From the NCBI GenBank assembly GCA_043804515.1, contig JAZDIZ010000014.1, forward strand, positions 1 through 30,944: a stretch of 30,944 bases of DNA. Reading direction: 5' to 3'. Under the pieces are notes generated by a model. The model was not told the origin of the DNA, did no database searches, and saw only the letters and a list, made by a program, of their open reading frames with translations. This document shows positions 16,922 to 28,153 of the stretch, piece by piece; the first letter of the stretch is position 1; the number at the start of each line of letters is the position of its first letter. Position numbers and translations under genes: made by a program. This DNA comes from Pseudomonadota bacterium. Lineage in GTDB: Bacteria; Bdellovibrionota_G; JALEGL01; DATDPG01.

Positions 16922-17481
16922 CGGCACGTCTCTCATTCCCGGCCTTGCTGTTGATGATGATGTTTTTGGTCACGAGCGGTTGCAAGGAGGAGCAAAAATC
17001 GCAGCTCGCCAAAGCGCCCCCGCAAAAACCGGCGGCCAAGCCGGCACCGGCCAAGAGTGCGGAGACCGAAATGCCGTCGCTGTTCGACCGGTCCACGGAG
17101 GAATACTCGTACAATCCGATCGGGAAGAGGGATCCGTTTCTTCCATACAGCGAGGAAGCGGTGATCGAAGACGTGAACCAACCGAAATCCCCGCTGGAAC
17201 GATATCCACTCGAGCAACTCAAGGTGACCGCAATCGTTTGGGGGATCTCCGATCCCCGAGCGTTGGTCCAGGCTCCGGACTCGCAAAGCTATATCGTCCG
17301 GAAAAATATGAGGATCGGGATCAATCGGGGCCGCATCTCCAAGATCACGCGGCGGAGTTTATACGTGGAAGAGGAGTACCGGGATCCGACCGGCAAGCTT
17401 GTGGTGAACGAGCAGAATCTGGAAATCCGTCCCGAGGAAAAGAAGGAAGGCGAAGCTCAGATGAAGATGAGTGACGAATGA
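16918..17481 (+). CDS. pilP: Type IV pilus lipoprotein PilP
   Basis: ATG at 16918 overlaps the pilO stop. Lipobox VTSG-C; YNPIGKRDPF, PLERYPLEQLKVTAIVW, IGINRGRI. Confidence 0.95.
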   Translation: MTARLSFPALLLMMMFLVTSGCKEEQKSQLAKAPPQKPAAKPAPAKSAETEMPSLFDRSTEEYSYNPIGKRDPFLPYSEEAVIEDVNQPKSPLERYPLEQLKVTAIVWGISDPRALVQAPDSQSYIVRKNMRIGINRGRISKITRRSLYVEEEYRDPTGKLVVNEQNLEIRPEEKKEGEAQMKMSDE

Positions 17482-17509
17482 TCTATGGTGTCGGGGAGGT
17501 AATGTGACG

Positions 17510-20503
17510 ATGGTCAAACGAATACTTGGATGGACCGCCGGCCTGGCGTTGGCTTTTTGGATGGGTTGCGGCGGGGTACCCGCTCCAAAAACGGCATCCG
17601 AAGCCGCGTCCCCCGCGGGGCCTAATGCCCTGTCCTCTATGGATGTGAAGGAGGACGGAGGAGTCACGAAGATCATGATCGCCGGCTCTCAGCCGATGTC
17701 TCCCAACATTTTCAAGCTCACGGAACCGGACCGCATCATTATCGACCTCACCAATACGAAGTTGGGAACCGTGACGGGCCCGATCCAAGTGAACAAAGGA
17801 GGGGTCAATCAGATCACGGTGGACCAGTTCGACGACGGTACCGGCTCTTTAAGCCGCATCGTCGTGGGATTGAACGAACCCCTGGAGTACCAGGTTGAAT
17901 CCGATCGAAACGCTCTCACGCTCAAAGTGACCCGAGGAACCTCCCAACAGGAATCCTCGCTTCCCGCCAGCCCCCAGGCCGGGTTTCTTCCGTCGGCCCC
18001 CGGAATGGAAGCGACCTCGCCAGGAGTTGTGGAACCAACAGTGCCGGCGGCTTTGGAAGAACCGACCGCCAGCCGGTTGGATGACGTTCAGTACTCCTCT
18101 TCCCCGTCGGGTACGCTGATCACTCTGGTGACGAACGGAGCGGTCAAGGATTTCAATGATTTCTATCTCAAGAACCCCTCCCGCCTGGTTGTCGATCTCG
18201 CAGGCCTAAAGAACAAGTATGTCGGTGGCAAATCGGTTCCGCTGAATACGTCCGAAGTGAAAGGGATCCGTCTGGGAAGGTCGGGGGGAAAGCTCAGAGT
18301 CGCCATTGATCTCGCCTCAGACGAGAAGCCCGCGTACACGATGGATAAATCGGGCCATAACCTGATCATCAACGTTTCAGCGGTCGCCGCGCCGACGGAA
18401 ACGGCGGCGGCGCCGGCACCCGAAACTTTGCCCACGGCGCCGCAGGAGGCTCCCGCGGTCAGCGAAGCCGTTCCGTCCCTGCCTCCCGTAGAAGCGGCCC
18501 AAGTTTCGGCCCCCGCACCTGCCGTAGAAGCAGCTCCGGCGCCGGCACCGGAAACGGCCCCCGAATTCGCGCCGATACCGGAAGCGAAAGCAGCAGGCCC
18601 CGTTTATGTCACGAGTCTCGCGTTTCGGCAGCTCAAGGATGCGAAAAAATCCCGCATTTCGATCGGTTTGAGCGGCTCCCAGGTGGATTACACATCCCGG
18701 GAAGAAGAGCCGGGGAAAGTCGTCGTGGAAATCTCCAACGCCAAGCTCAGGAAGAAGATCCTCAAACGCGAATTCAACACACGCGAGTTTGAAACCGCGG
18801 TGCTGAGCGTGACCCCGAGAGTCAACGCCAAGGCCCGCAAGGTCTCGTTTGTCGTTGCGCTGGAACAGCAGGTTCCGTACACCGTCTCGCAGGAGGGGGA
18901 TGAAGTATACGTGGACGTGGATGTTCCTCCCCGAATTCTCCGCGCGCGCACGCCGGATTTGGCGCAGGCGCCGGCAGCGGAAGACCCGCAGGCGACGCCT
19001 GCCGAGGCGGTCGCCACGGCGGATACGAACGGAGGGAAAGGCTTGGGCGCGAGAGAATTGATCCTGGAGTCGGAGAAAATGGCCCCCGCCGAAGGTGCGC
19101 CTCCGTTGGGGAAGAGGGATTACCGCTACGTCAAAGAGTCGTTCATGAACGACGCCACGATCAGCAATGAGCCTCTCAGCGACATGGGGGCGATTCTTGC
19201 CGGCGAGGTCCAGGGCCGGAGGTTTACCGGCCGGCGGATCTCCCTCGACTTCAAGGACGCCGATATCCGCAGCATCTTCCGGCTTCTGGCCGACATCTCG
19301 AAGCTGAACCTCATCATCTCGGACGACGTGGGGGGACACGTGACGGTGCGCCTCGAAAACGTCCCGTGGGATCAGGCGTTTGCCATCATCCTGCAGACGA
19401 AGGGGCTTTGGTTCGAGAAGTACGGGAACATCGTACGAATCGCCCCGGCCGACAAACTGCGCGCCGAAAAGGAACTGGCGGCGGCGGCCGCGCGCGCGGC
19501 TCAGGCCGCGAAACCGTTGGACGTCCTCTTCAAGCCGGTGAGCTATGCGACGGCGGCGGACATGATGAAGCAGGTCCGAACGGTACTCACCGACCGCGGA
19601 ACCGTGGACATCGACAGCCGCACGAACACGCTCATCATCAAGGACATCCGTGAGAACCTGGAGAAAGCGAAGCACTTGGTCGAGATCCTCGACACGCAGA
19701 CGCCACAGGTTTCGATCGAATCGCGGATCGTGGAGGCCAACACCACGTATACGCGTTCCTTCGGGATCATCTGGGGCGGCCAGGCGAACTTCAGCTCCAA
19801 GACCGGGAACCCGACCGGCGTGTTCTTTCCGAACTCCGTGGGCCTTCAAGGTTTGGGCGCCGGCGCAGGTACGAAAAGCTTTTCAGGGCTCCCCGTGGCG
19901 CTCAATTACCCATCCCCCCTCGGGGTAAACGCCGGGATCGGGATCCGCCTGGGGAGCATCAACAACATCCTCGATCTGGATCTGGCGCTCGGCTTGTTGG
20001 AAACCGAGGGGCACGCGAAGCTGATCTCCAGCCCGAAAGTGACGGTGCTCGACAACGAAACCGCCAACATCCAGGCCGGGTCGAAAATCCCGTTCCTCAC
20101 GCAGACGGCGAACGCCGGATCCAACGTGCGGTTTGAAGAAGCCACGACGTCGCTGGACGTCACGCCGCACATCACCAACGACGGCGCGATTTCGATGAAG
20201 ATCGCCGCTACGAGGAACGAGCCCAATTTCGCCCAGTTGGTGCAAGGAAACCCGCTGGTGGACCAGCGAATGGCGACCACGAAAGTGCTGGTCAAGAGCG
20301 GAAACACAACGGTGTTGGGCGGTATCTATTCGATCCGAACGAGTTCCACGAAGGACAGCTTGCCCGGCGTGTCCAGCATCCCGATCATCGGCTGGCTCTT
20401 TCGGAACTACACCAAGGAGATTTCGAGGACCGAACTCTTGATTTTTGTGACGCCCCGGATCGTCGGCGACGAGCGGGAAGCCGTGAAAGACATACGCGGG
20501 TAA
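17510..20503 (+). CDS. pilQ: Type IV pilus secretin PilQ with three AMIN-like domains
   Basis: ATG at 17510 follows GGAGGT. AMIN motifs (FKLTEPDRIIIDL, FYLKNPSRLVVDL) with Pro/Ala linkers; N0 domain GRRISLDFKDADI, VPWDQA; secretin domain QVSIESRIVE, TTVLGGIY, IPIIGWLF, ELLIFVTPRI. Confidence 0.97.
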   Translation: MVKRILGWTAGLALAFWMGCGGVPAPKTASEAASPAGPNALSSMDVKEDGGVTKIMIAGSQPMSPNIFKLTEPDRIIIDLTNTKLGTVTGPIQVNKGGVNQITVDQFDDGTGSLSRIVVGLNEPLEYQVESDRNALTLKVTRGTSQQESSLPASPQAGFLPSAPGMEATSPGVVEPTVPAALEEPTASRLDDVQYSSSPSGTLITLVTNGAVKDFNDFYLKNPSRLVVDLAGLKNKYVGGKSVPLNTSEVKGIRLGRSGGKLRVAIDLASDEKPAYTMDKSGHNLIINVSAVAAPTETAAAPAPETLPTAPQEAPAVSEAVPSLPPVEAAQVSAPAPAVEAAPAPAPETAPEFAPIPEAKAAGPVYVTSLAFRQLKDAKKSRISIGLSGSQVDYTSREEEPGKVVVEISNAKLRKKILKREFNTREFETAVLSVTPRVNAKARKVSFVVALEQQVPYTVSQEGDEVYVDVDVPPRILRARTPDLAQAPAAEDPQATPAEAVATADTNGGKGLGARELILESEKMAPAEGAPPLGKRDYRYVKESFMNDATISNEPLSDMGAILAGEVQGRRFTGRRISLDFKDADIRSIFRLLADISKLNLIISDDVGGHVTVRLENVPWDQAFAIILQTKGLWFEKYGNIVRIAPADKLRAEKELAAAAARAAQAAKPLDVLFKPVSYATAADMMKQVRTVLTDRGTVDIDSRTNTLIIKDIRENLEKAKHLVEILDTQTPQVSIESRIVEANTTYTRSFGIIWGGQANFSSKTGNPTGVFFPNSVGLQGLGAGAGTKSFSGLPVALNYPSPLGVNAGIGIRLGSINNILDLDLALGLLETEGHAKLISSPKVTVLDNETANIQAGSKIPFLTQTANAGSNVRFEEATTSLDVTPHITNDGAISMKIAATRNEPNFAQLVQGNPLVDQRMATTKVLVKSGNTTVLGGIYSIRTSSTKDSLPGVSSIPIIGWLFRNYTKEISRTELLIFVTPRIVGDEREAVKDIRG

Positions 20504-20507
20504 GGAG

Positions 20508-20972
20508 ATGAACATGAGCAAATTTCAAGCAGCGTCACTCTTCATACTGGTCGGCTTGTTCGCGGGTGGGTCGTGCGGCAAGGCCAGCCTCGGGTTTCAG
20601 GCACCCGATGGCTCGACCGTCACCCTTTCGGAATCTCAGACGATCACCCTCACGCAGACCCAGGATGTGATCTTCTCCGCGACGGTGAGGGATAGCTTGG
20701 ATAGCCCGCTGAACGGCATCGAAGTGATCATTACATGCGTGACAAGCGCGGGCTCCGGATGCGACCTTTACGACTCGGCAACCGGCGACATTTCCGATGC
20801 CTCGACACTTGTGCTTCAGACTAGTTCCAAGTTCACGACCGACAGCTCGGGACGGAAGCAACTCCGGGCGCGGCTGGTGCCCCCGGGGAATCTCGGAGTC
20901 ACGACCTACGACGCGACCATCTCGGCGGACATCCACGTCGACTCGAAGCAGACCACGATTACCGTGGAGTGA
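20508..20972 (+). CDS. Putative lipoprotein with Ig-like (Big_1-like) domain
   Basis: Signal sequence ending LFAGGS-C. Thr/Ser-rich beta-strand pattern with ATVRDSLDSPLNGIEV and TTDSSG motifs typical of bacterial Ig domains. Confidence 0.65.
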   Translation: MNMSKFQAASLFILVGLFAGGSCGKASLGFQAPDGSTVTLSESQTITLTQTQDVIFSATVRDSLDSPLNGIEVIITCVTSAGSGCDLYDSATGDISDASTLVLQTSSKFTTDSSGRKQLRARLVPPGNLGVTTYDATISADIHVDSKQTTITVE

Positions 20973-20999
20973 ATCCGGGGCCAGTGGTACGCTGACCGC

Positions 21000-21782
21000 G
21001 TGCCGGACGGAGCCGAAGCCAATCTCAAGAAATATACTGAGCAGCTGGCGCAGGATCCGAAGTCCCGCGCCTTCGTGCCCTTGGCGGACCTGTATCGCCA
21101 ACTCGGGCGTTACGACGAGGCGATCGCCGTGGCCACGGATGGCCTTAAACAATACCCGCATTATGTGGCCGGGAAGATGGCTCTTGCACGGGCGCATTAC
21201 GAAAACGGCGATGCCGACCAGGCACAGGAACTTCTGGAGAACGTCCTCGCCACGGCCCCCGACAATCTCCTGGCCAACCGAATTCTGGCCGAAATTTGCG
21301 CCCAGAAAGGGGACAAAGACCGGGCCCGCGTGGCGATCCGGCGCATCCTTTCCGTGGACGCCGCCGACAAGCACTCCAACGATCTTCTGAAGTCGCTGGA
21401 AACTTCGCCCAAAGCTGCGGCGAAAGCGGCTCCAGCGCCGATTCCATCCGCCCCGACTCCGCCCACTCCGCAGGCCCTGACGCCACAGGAGGTTGTCGTC
21501 GCCGTTCCGGAATCGGATCCTGTCGGGACCGCCATGGGCGAGGGTGTCCGGACGGTCACGGTGGCCGAGTTATATCTTCGCCAGGGGCACACTACCGAGG
21601 CCCTGGAAGTCTATCGTGAGCTGGCGATCCGGGAGCCGGGGAACGATGCCTACACGGACAAAGTCCGGCAACTGGAGGGGCGCGTGGTACGCCGCCCTGC
21701 GGCGCCGGATCCGCTCGCGGGAAAACGCCGGGTACTTGAAACCCTTTTGGCCCGCATCGGTGAACGTCGGAGGAACGCATGA
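21000..21782 (+). CDS. TPR protein with Pro/Ala linker and C-terminal single TPR
   Basis: DPKSRAFVPLADLYRQLGRYDEAI, three to four TPR units, a linker, then TVTVAELYLRQGHTTEALEVYREL. Confidence 0.88.
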   Translation: MPDGAEANLKKYTEQLAQDPKSRAFVPLADLYRQLGRYDEAIAVATDGLKQYPHYVAGKMALARAHYENGDADQAQELLENVLATAPDNLLANRILAEICAQKGDKDRARVAIRRILSVDAADKHSNDLLKSLETSPKAAAKAAPAPIPSAPTPPTPQALTPQEVVVAVPESDPVGTAMGEGVRTVTVAELYLRQGHTTEALEVYRELAIREPGNDAYTDKVRQLEGRVVRRPAAPDPLAGKRRVLETLLARIGERRRNA

Positions 21783-22138
21783 ACTTTGAAGACCAGCTCA
21801 AGACGCTTCTTGCACAGGTCGAAGGGGCCCAGGCGGCCGTCCTCATGGGATTCGACGGTATTCCCGTGGCCGAGGTGAAGGAGAGCGAGCCAAGCTTCCC
21901 CTTGGCCGACGTCATGGTGGAGTGCAGTCGTCTCTTGGCCGACGCGATCAAGATCTCCGAGGGGAATCAGCTGGGCGCACTGACCGAATTTCTCTTCTCC
22001 GCGGGGGAGTACAGGATCGTTCTTCGGGTGTTGAACGCTAGCTACTTCGTAGGTCTGGTTTTGCGCTCCGACGCGAACCTGGGAAAGGGCCGTTATCTTC
22101 TCCGGAAGAATTCGGCGGAATTGGCATCGTCGCTGTAA
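21779..22138 (+). CDS. mglC: Roadblock/LC7 protein, MglC-like
   Basis: 119 aa with AVLMGFDGIPV (FDxI surface motif described for MglC) and NLGKGRYLLR. Sits between pilQ and accB-accC-sgmX, as in Myxococcus. Confidence 0.8.
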   Translation: MNFEDQLKTLLAQVEGAQAAVLMGFDGIPVAEVKESEPSFPLADVMVECSRLLADAIKISEGNQLGALTEFLFSAGEYRIVLRVLNASYFVGLVLRSDANLGKGRYLLRKNSAELASSL

Positions 22139-22207
22139 CCAAAGCCGCATTTTGGAATTCTCGCAACGGTGGACAAAGAGCTCCGCAGCCTATAAAAATG
22201 AGCACTT

Positions 22208-22702
<495 letters not shown>

Positions 22703-22705
22703 CGG

Positions 22706-24052
<1,347 letters not shown>

Positions 24053-24054
24053 TT

Positions 24055-24106
24055 ATTGTTACTTTCGTAACTTTTGTTAGATTGGTGACGTGAAATCGCC
24101 TATAAT
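24055..24106 (+). promoter_or_regulatory. Putative internal promoter and operator upstream of the sgmX-like gene
   Basis: Perfect TATAAT at 24101-24106; palindrome GTTAC-N4-GTAAC at 24058-24071; four degenerate 9-mers across 24055-24090. Confidence 0.55.
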
Positions 24107-24131
24107 GGAGAATTAGGGCTCGGGGTCTTCT

Positions 24132-27100
24132 TTGACATTCAACCGCAACAAAAGCCTGACCAAGGCGCAGAAGCTCCTCCAGAAGGGAAAGATCAACGAA
24201 GCGATCGCGGAGCTTCAAACCGTGGTCGACAACGATCCTTCGGACGTCCGGACTCTGCTCCGGATCGGGGACCTCTATGCGAAAATCGGGAACATTGAGG
24301 CGGCGTGCGACACGTATCATCAAGTCGGGGAGCGATACGCTAAAGACGGCTTCTTCCTGAAGGCCGTCGCGGTTTTTAAACAGATTCTCAAGCTGGACCC
24401 CGCGTTGATCCGGGTCTACGTCCGGCTTGCCGAGCTCTATCAGCAACTGGGCCTCAACAGCGAGGCGATGAAGCAATACCAGGTGGTGGTCCGCCACTAC
24501 GAGAGCCAGGGATTGAAGAAAGAATCCCTCGACATCCTGAGGAAGATGTCGGACCTCGATCCGGAGAACACGGCGAGCCGCGTGAAGCTGGCGGAACTGT
24601 ACGTCCGGGAAGGGCACGCGGAAACCGCTTCGGACCAGTTTAAGGGAATCACCTCGGACCTGGCCAAGAAAGGGAATACACAGGACCTGGTCAGGGTCTA
24701 CGAGAAGATGGAGGGCCTCGGCCTCCTGACCGAGCCGATGAAGATCGAGCTCTGTGAGATCTACATCAAGGTGGGGGAACCGAAGAAGGCGCTGACGAAA
24801 CTGCAGGACCTCTTCCGTGAAAAGCCAAAGAGCCCCGCGGTGCTTGAACTTCTGGCGCGCACGTTCATCGACTTGCAGCAACCGGAGAAGTCCAAGTCGG
24901 TTTATTCCGAATTGGTCAGGGTGTTTGAAGAACAAGGCGCGCCGCTGGAGCGTGACCGGATCATGGCCAAGCTCCGCACCCTCGGGGTCTCTTCGATTGC
25001 TACGGCTTCCCCCCGGCCGGCGGAAGAGGCGCCCGCCGGCGAGGACGAGTCGTTCGACGCTCCGACGGTCGAGATGCGTGCGGTGGAGCTTTCCCCGGAG
25101 ACAGCACCGGGCAGAGTGACTCCCCCCGCGCCTCCGGGTGAAGCGTCCGGTGCGACGCCGACAAAGGCGCTTCAGGAGGTCGAGATCTTCCTTAATTACG
25201 GCCTTGTGGAGAAGGCATGCCAGATCCTGGCACCGGCTGTGGTGGCCGATCCGGGAAACCAAGAGCTGCGCGCCAAACTGAAGGCGTGCTATCTGGAAAA
25301 AGGCGATCCCGCCGGGCTCTTGGAAGTCCTGAATCGGGCGGCCGTCACAGCGGAACGGCTGGGCAGATCCGCGGTGGCGTCGGCCATTCGCGCTGAAATC
25401 GGTTCTCTCGGTCCCGCTGTGGTTCCGGACACGATGGAGAGAATACCCGCCGTCGAGTCGCACACGACGGAGATCATTTCGGAAGAGGATCTCGAGTTGG
25501 CGGAGCTGGAACTGGACGGATCCGTCAACGTCGAAATCGTGGACGATCAGATCGAGGAGCTGAAGGCCGCGGCTCCATCCGAGCCGGCGGGAAAAGCAGA
25601 GGCGCCCGAGATGGTGGTGTTGCCGCTGGCGGCCCCATTGGAGGAACTCGCCTCCGCCAAGCCCGAGGCGGGAGTGGAGGTTTCGCCGGAAGGCGAATTT
25701 GAGCGTCCCGAACTTCCTCCGGATCAGAATCTGGAACTATCGGAACTCCGGTTTGAGGAGGAATCGGTACCGATCGAAGAGGCGGCCGACATCTTCTCCG
25801 AAAAACTTCTGGATGAGATTCCCGCCGAAACCCCGCCTGCGGAAGCGGAACAGCCGTCCCTGGAAGCGGCACCGGGCGCAGCTTCGCAGGAGGTGAGTTT
25901 CTCCACCATGGAGCGTGCTTCCGGGGCGCAGATGCCCGAGGAGGAACTCGTACTGGAAGATGAAATCCCTTCGACGCCGGCTCCCGAGAAAAAGATTCTC
26001 GAGCCCCTCGCGGAGCCGGCGCCGTCTAAAATCGGACCGAAAGAGCCTCGGGAACCCGTGCAGGCCAAGGCCGCATCTGAACCCGTTTTCGTCGGTGAGC
26101 CAGCCTCCGAAATCCCTCTGATCGTGGAAGAGGAACCGGCGATCGAGGAGCCCGGCCCCGCGCCCAAGCCGGCGATCCCCGTCTTTTTCCCGAAGCCGCC
26201 GGTGGTAGCGGAAGAGGAGAGCACCTGGTCGGTGGAAATGGAAGAGGCACAATTCTTCGTGAGCCAAGGCCTCCTGGACGAGGCGCAGGAGGTGTACGAG
26301 ACGATCCTGGAGACCGATCCCTCGTTCACCCCAGCAAAAGAGAAACTCGCGGAGCTGAAAGCCCTCCGGCCGTCCAAGGCAACGGTGCGCCCGGACGGCG
26401 AAGGCCCGGAGCGTCGCGAAGCCCCCCGAAAGCCGAAGGTCCAGATCCCGACGGAAGAGCCCAGGCCGGCTTCCAAGAGCACCGAGCGCGTTTTGCGCGA
26501 ACAAAAACAGGCCGAAGGTGAGCCTTACTTCGATCTAGGCAGCGAGCTTCAGGACGAGATCCACGAGCTGGAAGAGGACCTGGCCCGGAAAAAAACGGAC
26601 GACGAAGAGGAATACCTGAGCCCCGAAGAGGTGATCTCGGAATTCAAGAAGGGGGTCCAGCGGACGGTTTCCAAGACCGACTATCAAACGCACTATAACT
26701 TGGGTATCGCCTATAAGGAGATGGGCCTTCTCAATGAAGCGATCTCCGAGTTCGAGCTGGCGTCGAGCAGCCCCAAGATGACGATCGACTGCGCGTCGAT
26801 GATCGGGCTTTGCCTGATCGGCAAAAGGGACTACGAGGCGGCCATCGACGTGTATCGCAAGGCCCTGGCGCGCACGTCTCCGCAGTCCGCCGAGGCCCTG
26901 GGGCTTGCCTATGAACTCGCGGAGGCCTACCTGGGGTTCGGAAAACTGCACGATGCCTACAAGCTTTTCGCGAGAATCCGCGACGTGGACCCGGGTTTCC
27001 GGGATGTCCGGCGCAGGGCCCGTGAGCTTGAGGCCGACCTGGGCGCTTCGGCGCCGCATCCGTCCAGCCCCGAGAAGAAAGAGGCCGAAGAGAACTCAAA

Positions 27101-27143
27101 GGTGAAAATTTCGAATAAGAAGAATAAGATCTCCTACATCTAA
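24132..27143 (+). CDS. sgmX: Large TPR scaffold protein, SgmX-like
   Basis: N-terminal TPR array (GFFLKAVAVFKQILKLDP), long acidic Pro/Glu linker, C-terminal TPRs (THYNLGIAYKEMGLLNEAI). Lies directly after accC and before an ExeA-type ATPase, as in Myxococcus. TTG start. Confidence 0.8.
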   Translation: MTFNRNKSLTKAQKLLQKGKINEAIAELQTVVDNDPSDVRTLLRIGDLYAKIGNIEAACDTYHQVGERYAKDGFFLKAVAVFKQILKLDPALIRVYVRLAELYQQLGLNSEAMKQYQVVVRHYESQGLKKESLDILRKMSDLDPENTASRVKLAELYVREGHAETASDQFKGITSDLAKKGNTQDLVRVYEKMEGLGLLTEPMKIELCEIYIKVGEPKKALTKLQDLFREKPKSPAVLELLARTFIDLQQPEKSKSVYSELVRVFEEQGAPLERDRIMAKLRTLGVSSIATASPRPAEEAPAGEDESFDAPTVEMRAVELSPETAPGRVTPPAPPGEASGATPTKALQEVEIFLNYGLVEKACQILAPAVVADPGNQELRAKLKACYLEKGDPAGLLEVLNRAAVTAERLGRSAVASAIRAEIGSLGPAVVPDTMERIPAVESHTTEIISEEDLELAELELDGSVNVEIVDDQIEELKAAAPSEPAGKAEAPEMVVLPLAAPLEELASAKPEAGVEVSPEGEFERPELPPDQNLELSELRFEEESVPIEEAADIFSEKLLDEIPAETPPAEAEQPSLEAAPGAASQEVSFSTMERASGAQMPEEELVLEDEIPSTPAPEKKILEPLAEPAPSKIGPKEPREPVQAKAASEPVFVGEPASEIPLIVEEEPAIEEPGPAPKPAIPVFFPKPPVVAEEESTWSVEMEEAQFFVSQGLLDEAQEVYETILETDPSFTPAKEKLAELKALRPSKATVRPDGEGPERREAPRKPKVQIPTEEPRPASKSTERVLREQKQAEGEPYFDLGSELQDEIHELEEDLARKKTDDEEEYLSPEEVISEFKKGVQRTVSKTDYQTHYNLGIAYKEMGLLNEAISEFELASSSPKMTIDCASMIGLCLIGKRDYEAAIDVYRKALARTSPQSAEALGLAYELAEAYLGFGKLHDAYKLFARIRDVDPGFRDVRRRARELEADLGASAPHPSSPEKKEAEENSKVKISNKKNKISYI

Positions 27144-28135
27144 TGGGTTACCTCGAATTCTACGGGCTGGAGCAGGAACCGTTCTCCAACGCGCCCGTCA
27201 GCAAGTTTTACTTCAACTCCGAACAGCACGTTCAGGCCCTTCTGCGCCTGAGGCGCGTGGCGGATCAAATGAAGGGATTGGCGATCCTCGTGGGAGACGT
27301 CGGGGCGGGAAAAACCACGCTGGCCCGGAAGATGCTGGACTCCCTTTCCGAGGACCAATATGAGGCGGCCCTGTTGGTGATCATCCACTCGGGGATCTCC
27401 GCGCATTGGTTGCTCCGCCGGATCGCGCAGCAGTTGGGCGTGCAGAATCCGGCGGAAGAGAAGTTGCAGCTCCTGAGCCAGCTCTACCGACGGCTTCTTC
27501 AGATCGCCGATCAGGGAAGAAAGGCGGTAGTGCTGATTGATGAGGCGCAGATGCTCCAGACCCGCGAGCTGATGGAAGAGTTTCGCGGGCTCCTGAACCT
27601 GGAGATCCCGGAACGGAAGCTCATTACGTTCATCTTCTTCGGCCTGCCCGAGATCGAGGAGAATATGAAGCTCGACCCGCCCTTATTGCAGCGGGTCACT
27701 TTGAAGTGGCGGCTGGACTCGATGAGCGAAACCTCATCCCGCAAGTACGTGGAACACCGCCTTGCGTTGGCCGGGGCCAGGAAACCCATCTTCAGCGATG
27801 GTGCGATGGACGCCATTTACCGGTTCTCGCACGGGATCCCGAGGCTGATCAATACGATCGCCGACAACGCCCTTTTCGAGGGGTACATCCTCAAGGCGGA
27901 CGCGATCCCGCAGGAAGTGATCGAGAACATCGCCGTGGATCTGGGCCTATCCCCCTATCGGAAGCGGGAATTGAGGGTGGTGAATACGATCGAGGCACTT
28001 GAGGGGTTCGACGAGGAGCCCAAAGGCTTCGAAGATGCGCCGGACGAGCCGACGGCAAAGCAGTTTGAACGCGAGGCACCGAACCAGGATCAGGATATTG
28101 ATGCTATTCTTTCCGGACTCGACGACAAACTCTAG
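27143..28135 (+). CDS. ExeA/GspA-family AAA ATPase
   Basis: YLEFYGLEQEPFS, Walker A GDVGAGKT, Walker B VVLIDEAQ, YVEHRL, GIPRLINTIADNAL. Confidence 0.92.
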   Translation: MGYLEFYGLEQEPFSNAPVSKFYFNSEQHVQALLRLRRVADQMKGLAILVGDVGAGKTTLARKMLDSLSEDQYEAALLVIIHSGISAHWLLRRIAQQLGVQNPAEEKLQLLSQLYRRLLQIADQGRKAVVLIDEAQMLQTRELMEEFRGLLNLEIPERKLITFIFFGLPEIEENMKLDPPLLQRVTLKWRLDSMSETSSRKYVEHRLALAGARKPIFSDGAMDAIYRFSHGIPRLINTIADNALFEGYILKADAIPQEVIENIAVDLGLSPYRKRELRVVNTIEALEGFDEEPKGFEDAPDEPTAKQFEREAPNQDQDIDAILSGLDDKL

Positions 28136-28153
28136 ACGGTAACAGCGAGTTCC

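Noticed and set aside
18390..18600. Repetitive GCGCCGGCACC-type sequence inside pilQ
   Set aside because: Explained by the Pro/Ala-rich linker codons; not an independent DNA repeat.
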